Positions 62,901 through 64,000 of a stretch of DNA of 64,000 nt are shown here, in pieces. The notes under the pieces are model-generated. The model saw only the letters and a program-made list of their open reading frames with translations. It was not told where the DNA came from and searched no databases. The first letter of the stretch is position 1. Each line of letters opens with the position of its first letter. The stretch spans positions 20,646,001-20,710,000 of the forward strand of contig NC_086378.1 in NCBI RefSeq assembly GCF_036588685.1, written 5' to 3'. This DNA is from Mytilus trossulus. Its lineage: Eukaryota. The position numbers and the translations under genes are program-made.

Positions 62901-63543
62901 AGCGGGTATGACCGTCACCATACATTATAATTGCAGTTGAAGGCAAATCCTTCAGAAGTTCTTTGTACTTTATTTTAACAACGAACATTTTATTTATAGG
63001 GAATATAAGTTAGGGGGAAAGAAACCAACGTTTTGTTCTGTACTGGTATTTCTATTTATATAGAATAAATTGGTTTCATGCTGAAACAAATATTCTCGCA
63101 GATATTTACAGTGTTGTGGGGTGCTGATAGGTTTAAAATCATTACATAAAGGCTGGACTGTGATTTTATAAAACAAATGTTGAGATCTCTTTATAATATT
63201 AACAAAACAACGGTGCGGGAAATGGACATGATTTCATTTCCGGATGCGGGAAGCGGGAATATAATAAAAATTAAAAAAATCTGTTTTGAAAAAAGTAGGT
63301 GCGGGCGGGTCCGTCGAACAAGGAATCAAATTGGTGTGGCCTAAATTGGTAAGTTAACTGGAAGAAACATTGGAAGATCAAAGTTCAGTAATTGGTACTT
63401 TTTTCTTGTCTTTTATTAGAATGATGTAATTGGCAAGGTCAAAGAAGTATGTTCTACATTGTGTTTAAACTTACAAGCAGTGTTTGAACCCCTGTGGAAT
63501 TCTTGTGAGGCCTCCAAACAGCTCAAAAGTACTCTATTTAAAG
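1..63543 (+). CDS. NUGGC: Multi-exon gene (18 exons in window, 5' and 3' truncated): giant SLIP-GC/NUGGC-like dynamin-superfamily GTPase with long acidic repetitive N-terminus, about 3,320 aa in window
   Basis: Exons joined by hand through GT-AG junctions with matching phases: <1-5743, 7144-7196, 9400-10982, 12087-12170, 13902-14127, 14750-14962, 16209-16403, 26536-26717, 27132-27342, 30404-30643, 45328-45510, 48758-48916, 49333-49533, 49868-50037, 50891-51050, 52574-52657, 60319-60477, 63420-63543>. Motifs: VAVVGTTGAGKSSLMNA (G1), LPTSGTQACTAVV (G2 region), YWPIIKSV..TLVDLPG (G3), FICTKND (G4), and GGLCFSTYKATVRRYG..DFNENLAEP, which is typical of SLIP-GC-like C-terminal regions. The symbol indicates family resemblance, not proven orthology. 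Confidence 0.8.
650..2430 (+). repeat. Coding minisatellite, about 30 x 60 bp (20 aa ESVTIVNHGELGESVVEEPE)
   Basis: Consecutive 60-nt lines 661-2401 align almost exactly, with no frameshifts. Confidence 0.97.
3147..4486 (+). repeat. Coding minisatellite, 24-bp unit (AGNDETSQ / TGNDETTP) interspersed with longer DDSDEQVDLQ-type units
   Basis: Recurrent gcaggcaatgatgaaactagtcaa. Confidence 0.95.
6442..7044. mobile_element. Non-autonomous TTAA element (Kolobok-type MITE) containing a nested TA-MITE
   Basis: TTAA|GGATGTACTTAG ... CTAAGTACATCC|TTAA. A second, degenerate copy at about 61495-61843 lacks the nested insert. Confidence 0.8.
6624..6830. mobile_element. About 200-bp TA-flanked MITE (CTGTGGATTCATT family), right end eroded
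   Basis: Same sequence family as 45043-45251 and 61019-61213. Confidence 0.8.
7144..7196 (+). CDS. Host gene exon B (53 nt; D-CSDGLEWCSQETHTTEK)
   Basis: tttacAG acceptor and AAG|GTAC donor. Phase 1 to 0 links exon A to exon C in frame. Confidence 0.65.
7531..8894 (+). mobile_element. Helentron/DINE-1-like non-autonomous element (HINE) with about 500-bp internal tandem repeats
   Basis: T-run start, subterminal AGCTCAC..GTGAGCT inverted repeat, (cgt)/(gtc) microsatellite, internal repeats starting near 7617, 8117 and 8610, and a 3' GGTGAGC plus hairpin AGGCTC-ttga-GAGCCT followed by CTTGTTT. Confidence 0.75.
8905..8972. repeat. (TGTC)n/(TCTCTG)n microsatellite
   Basis: Read directly from the sequence. 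Confidence 0.95.
9400..10982 (+). CDS. Host gene exon C (1,583 nt; acidic, with 27-aa repeats)
   Basis: T-rich tract plus caacAG acceptor at 9398-9399, in frame with ORF 9493-11043. Donor AG|GTATGA, phase 2. Confidence 0.8.
10309..10545 (+). repeat. Coding repeat, about 3 x 81 bp (SNSLTMPALxDEVRDNDPYHVEERMDG)
   Basis: Three copies visible in exon C; the third is 6 nt shorter. Confidence 0.92.
12087..12170 (+). CDS. Host gene exon D (RCKEVVLKLRKSLSKEKKMKNQQRVEVWK)
   Basis: ttttctatacAG acceptor, AA|GTAAGT donor, phase 2-2. Confidence 0.75.
12655..12955 (+). mobile_element. Short HINE-type element (ATGCCCC/GGGGCAT family); further degenerate copy at about 14150-14390
   Basis: ttttatgcc..acctacaatagtagaggggcattatgttttctggtctg plus gtcc/gttc microsatellite, ending ggggcat..tgtgtactggggacacattcttgtt. 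Same family as 26038-26529. Confidence 0.75.
13090..13400 (+). repeat. Dispersed repeat family (aagaagatgtggt..attgccaatgagacaact..); other copies at about 7290-7525, 32669-33030, 35137-35205, 39770-40012 (-) and 62170-62880 (fragments)
   Basis: Mutual similarity among at least five copies in the window. The element class cannot be determined from the sequence here. Confidence 0.8.
13902..14127 (+). CDS. Host gene exon E: GTPase G1 (P-loop) and G2 region
   Basis: VAVVGTTGAGKSSLMNAII..VLPTSGTQACTAVVVKI. ttttAG acceptor, GAG|GTAAAC donor. Confidence 0.92.
14750..14962 (+). CDS. Host gene exon F (EWENELQLLKKDL...KSRC)
   Basis: ttttAG acceptor, TGT|GTAAGT donor, 213 nt, phase 0-0. Confidence 0.85.
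16209..16403 (+). CDS. Host gene exon G: GTPase G3 motif (YWPIIKSVTIRIP..TLVDLPGVRDSNAARDRIAKD)
   Basis: cttttcAG acceptor, first GAT|GTAAGT donor at 16403/16404, 195 nt, phase 0-0. Confidence 0.9.
16340..25258 (+). repeat. Tandem array, about 105 x 85 bp: last 63 nt of exon G plus 22 nt beginning at the 5' splice site
   Basis: Unit acattggtagacttgccaggtgttagggattctaatgctgccagagataggatagctaaagat|gtaagttgtaacttctattatt. Period 85 (16341, 16426, 16511). Donors run from 16404 to 25246, with one 2-nt insertion near 22984. Confidence 0.97.
26038..26529 (+). mobile_element. HINE-type element with two internal repeats, ending 6 nt before exon H
   Basis: ATGCCCC..GGGGCAT subterminal repeat, (gtct/gtcc/gttc) microsatellite, duplicated caggttaaagtttttggtc core, and 3' ggggcat..ggacacattcttgttt. 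Confidence 0.8.
26536..26717 (+). CDS. Host gene exon H: GTPase G4 motif (YLKNCSVILVVAEVHRA..AFICTKND)
   Basis: ttcttgtttttgtAG acceptor, AG|GTAAAA donor, phase 0-2. Confidence 0.9.
27132..27342 (+). CDS. Host gene exon I (acidic, coiled-coil-like)
   Basis: tcttcttatAG acceptor, CAA|GTAAGT donor, phase 2-0. Heptad-like Leu/Ile/Met pattern. Confidence 0.82.
28978..29215 (+). repeat. Dispersed repeat (aaaagtaaaa.cacaaaaatactgaactc.gaggaaaat); truncated second copy at about 32812-32912
   Basis: Two copies in the window. Confidence 0.65.
30102..30362. repeat. 19-bp minisatellite (aagataaatattacaatgt), about 13 copies
   Basis: Read directly. It ends about 40 nt upstream of the exon J acceptor. 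Confidence 0.9.
30404..30643 (+). CDS. Host gene exon J (EENEQLEEL...ICAKARTIFARNAIKKDYKAGVR)
   Basis: ttttttcatAG acceptor, AGG|GTATGT donor, 240 nt, phase 0-0. Confidence 0.85.
30626..30780 (+). repeat. Short triplication of the exon J donor region (44 and 47 bp periods)
   Basis: AGG|GTATGTATCAATAGTTTAATA has GT at 30644, 30688 and 30735. The second copy also repeats exonic tataaagctggagttagg. Confidence 0.9.
30942..31097. repeat. Near-perfect palindrome of about 156 bp (fold-back element end); more degenerate example at about 11155-11288
   Basis: aatgactgtaatattttttctgtctat..aaataacataaaaaa.ttggtgca / tgcaccaaattttttatgttattt..atagacagaaaaaatattacagtcatt. Confidence 0.85.
31269..33627 (-). 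mobile_element. Decayed 2.36-kb DNA transposon with 40-bp GGCC-ended TIRs (Zator- or PIF/Harbinger-type) and transposase-like remnants
   Basis: Left GGCCAAAAATAAATAATTGTTTGTTTCCCCAAACCCGACC vs right (rc) GGCCTAAAATAAAATATTGTTTGTTTCCCCAATCCCGACC. Flanks TGA and CGA. Broken - strand ORF pieces at 33057-33318, 32478-32620 and 31439-31690 (CxxC). Confidence 0.72.
33660..33799. repeat. 50-bp tandem repeat, about 2.8 copies
   Basis: ttacttagctgctgaaggaatgattttgata at 33661, 33711 and 33761. Confidence 0.92.
34149..34219 (+). promoter_or_regulatory. Putative KolX promoter: TTCCCGCC (E2F-like), TGACGTCA (CRE) and TTCCGG (ETS core)
   Basis: Lies 54-124 nt upstream of ATG 34273 and is mirrored at the other end of the element. 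Confidence 0.5.
34273..35842 (+). CDS. KolX: KolX-type accessory protein resembling the P2X7 cytoplasmic ballast (Zn-Cys) domain, 2 exons (34273-34634, 35656-35842), 182 aa
   Basis: WCECGNC..EENVCCR..CITMH..ILNSDVL..SNR|QSRLVAYRQFICW..LGKGRRVVIPSCVVKDIRDSFP..YTGF parallels the P2X7 C-terminus (WCxCGxC..CCR..CIT..AYR..W..LPSC..IR..FP..YSGF). Phase-2 intron AG|GTGAAT...tacAG|A. Confidence 0.85.
36103..36945 (-). mobile_element. HINE-type element with internal tandem repeats in the spacer between KolX and transposase; related fragment at about 40020-40440
   Basis: Starts acaagagtg.., recurrent tgaaccatgaaaatgaggtcaaggtca units, ends with (gcc)n. Confidence 0.65.
37736..44663 (-). CDS. Kolobok transposase, 3 exons (44663-44289, 42693-42538, 39631-37736), about 808 aa: THAP zinc finger, linker, DDE domain
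   Basis: Exon 1 is a THAP C2CH domain: MPSCQAINC..FFEIP..W..VVCEEHF..LKPGAVPTL. All junctions are GT-AG, phase 0. Exon 3 has RLAGDGRCDSPG (D), VLATDRH (D), QFDVWH, CNHLWWC..H..H..CAH and HTGNLEVFHS (E). No stops or frameshifts. Confidence 0.88.
41607..42505. mobile_element. Possible 0.9-kb TIR element in transposase intron 2, hosting the GC-rich MITE
   Basis: GGCCTACTTTGATTCGCCCAACT vs rc of right end GGCCTACTTATCGTCCAACT. No TSD recognised. Confidence 0.45.
42228..42376. mobile_element. GC-rich MITE with CAG(G/T)GGCGGAT(C/G)CAG TIR and 5-bp TACCA flanking repeat; relatives at 43521-43614 and 43681-43842
   Basis: TACCA|CAGGGGCGGATGCAGG...CCTGGATCCGCCACTG|TACCA. The inverted copy at 43521-43614 is flanked by AAAGA and AGAGA. 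Confidence 0.8.
43097..43447. mobile_element. piggyBac-type MITE nested in transposase intron 1
   Basis: TTAA|CCCTCTTTTTGCCA ... TGGCAGCAAGAGGG|TTAA. Confidence 0.78.
44711..44815 (-). promoter_or_regulatory. Putative transposase promoter: TTTCCCGCC, ACGTCA and TTCCGG
   Basis: Reverse complement of 44711-44737 matches 34193-34219 at 22 of 27 positions. It ends 48 nt upstream of ATG 44663. Confidence 0.5.
45043..45251. mobile_element. MITE with TIR CTGTGGATTCATT / AATGAATCCACAG and TA TSD (Tc1/mariner-type)
   Basis: TA|CTGTGGATTCATT...AATGAATCCACAG|TA. Confidence 0.88.
45328..45510 (+). CDS. Host gene exon K (EMKRKAK..acidic..LQVFCVSSSEYQKL..GPPT)
   Basis: ttcAG acceptor, ACG|GTATGT donor, 183 nt. 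The LxVFCVSSxEYQKL motif is typical of this GTPase family. Confidence 0.85.
45784..46010. mobile_element. 227-bp MITE with about 38-bp TIR and TAA TSD
   Basis: TAA|GGGACAACATCAAAAGTTCAATGTAGGATAAAAAACTT ... AAGTTTTTTATCCTACATCGATCTTTTGATGTCGGCTC|TAA. Confidence 0.82.
47866..48824 (+). repeat. Tandem array, 11 x 83 bp plus a partial unit: intron end, 3' splice site and start of exon L
   Basis: ttcAG|GTATTT with the AG ending at 47941, 48024, 48107, 48176 (69-bp deleted unit), 48259, 48342, 48425, 48508, 48591, 48674 and 48757. Confidence 0.95.
48758..48916 (+). CDS. Host gene exon L (VFDDAEDTEIPAVRQFIRQISNQKREE...ENGLT)
   Basis: Only the last of 11 tandem acceptors gives an open frame to the ACA|GTATGT donor. 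159 nt, phase 0-0. Confidence 0.82.
49333..49533 (+). CDS. Host gene exon M (NKNDRFTVQSAV...CKGWGSA)
   Basis: ttttttAG acceptor, GCT|GTAAGT donor, 201 nt. Confidence 0.85.
49868..50037 (+). CDS. Host gene exon N (GGLCFSTYKATVRRYGNF..DFNENLAEPL..VWTKFF)
   Basis: ttttAG acceptor, AG|GTGAGA donor, phase 0-2. SLIP-GC-like C-terminal motif. Confidence 0.87.
50891..51050 (+). CDS. Host gene exon O (VDLWNLLERYKL...ISGTK)
   Basis: ttttAG acceptor, AAG|GTAATA donor, phase 2-0. Confidence 0.82.
51127..51429. mobile_element. Degenerate piggyBac-type MITE
   Basis: Right end ATTATGGAGGAAAGGG|TTAA, with a duplicated subterminal block. Left end TTAACGTCTCCTCCAT is an eroded match. Confidence 0.5.
51845..52293 (+). 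mobile_element. HINE-type element (ATACCCCCGC family) with two internal repeats of about 170 bp
   Basis: 5' atacccccgc, (gtcc)n, duplicated catttttctcaggaactacaatacaagg core, and 3' gcgggggtat plus hairpin gtgagc-agta-gctcgc plus cttgtt. Confidence 0.75.
52574..52657 (+). CDS. Host gene exon P (LTEMIRNLQEFVIERQRDMNRIFPPTIK), using the first of about 115 donors
   Basis: tctttcattttAG acceptor, AAG|GTAAGA donor, 84 nt, phase 0-0. The 3' end is ambiguous because donors 2-10 are also in frame. Confidence 0.75.
52601..59842 (+). repeat. Tandem array, about 115 x 63 bp: last 57 nt of exon P plus donor GTAAGA
   Basis: Unit gtaagagagtttgttatagaaagacagagagatatgaacaggatgtttccaccaactattcag. Donors run from 52658 to 59839, with a +1 indel near 53228 and a -2 indel near 57851. 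Confidence 0.97.
60319..60477 (+). CDS. Host gene exon Q (DHLKTTYEDCKNDSGKGLFQRMK...LEQLM)
   Basis: tttatAG acceptor, ATG|GTAAGT donor, 159 nt, stop-free. Confidence 0.85.
61019..61213. mobile_element. MITE, same TA-flanked family
   Basis: TA|CTGTGGATTCAT...ATGAATCCACAG|TA. Confidence 0.88.
61495..61843. mobile_element. Degenerate second copy of the TTAA/GGATGTACTT MITE
   Basis: TTAAGGATGTACTT start and internal blocks (ttgatact.taag..agagcat; cattggtat.att.ggtctcaaa) shared with 6442-7044. Confidence 0.7.
61875..63341. mobile_element. Non-autonomous 1.47-kb TIR element with TAA TSD (Zator- or PIF/Harbinger-type)
   Basis: TAA|GGCCACACCAATTTAATTTCTTGTTCTACGGA ... TCCGTCGAACAAGGAATCAAATTGGTGTGGCC|TAA. 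32-bp TIR with 3 mismatches. Confidence 0.88.
63420..63543 (+). CDS. Host gene exon R (NDVIGKVKEVC...FEPLW..STLFK); gene continues beyond window
   Basis: Long pyrimidine tract plus ttAG acceptor, G|GTTAGT donor (phase 1), stop-free. Confidence 0.75.
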
Positions 63544-63702
63544 GTTAGTCATTGATTTTCACATTTATAGCTGTGTTTTCACTGTTTTTTGCAATTGAAA
63601 GTATGTTATAAATGTTACTAAAAATCTAGTACAAATAAATGTAAAAATATGTTATGAAAAATAGGAGGTGATGAGGCATCTTTAGCCAAATGTAAATCAG
63701 CT

Positions 63703-64000
63703 AATTCATTGCTGACCGTACCATTATATATATTGAGTTGTGCAAATTCATTGCTGACAGTCCCATTACATATATTAAGTTGTGCAAATTCTTGCTGACA
63801 GTCCCATTACATATATTAAGTTGTGCAAATTCATTGCTGACAGTCCCATTACATATATTAAGTTGTGCAAATTCATTGCTGACAGTCCCATTACATATAT
63901 TAAGTTGTGCAAATTCTTGCTGACAGTCCCATTACATATATTAAGTTGTGCAAATTCATTGCTGACAGTCCCATTACATATATTAAGTTGTGCAAATTCA
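63703..64000. repeat. 41-42-bp tandem array running off the window end
   Basis: aattcattgctgacagtcccattacatatattaagttgtgca, about 7 copies visible. Confidence 0.93.

Overview
AT-rich eukaryotic genomic DNA. The repeat content suggests a bivalve such as Mytilus (inference). The whole window lies inside one + strand multi-exon gene, truncated at both edges. I traced 18 exons with canonical GT-AG junctions and consistent phases, giving about 3,320 aa in this window. The first ~2,490 aa are acidic and repeat-rich. They are followed by a dynamin-superfamily P-loop GTPase of the SLIP-GC/NUGGC type (G1 GTTGAGKS, G3 DLPG, G4 TKND) and a helical C-terminal region. The most unusual structure is that four exon boundaries of this gene have been amplified as tandem arrays that include the splice site itself: 105 x 85 bp (donor, carrying G3), 3 x 44-47 bp (donor), 11 x 83 bp (acceptor) and 115 x 63 bp (donor, stop-free and frame-preserving). 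One intron holds a complete 10.9-kb Kolobok-type DNA transposon (TTAA TSD, 14-bp TIR). It carries an intact 3-exon THAP-DDE transposase and a convergent 2-exon KolX gene resembling the P2X7 ballast domain, each preceded by a mirror-image promoter-like motif. The introns also contain many MITEs, Helentron-type non-autonomous elements and small satellites.
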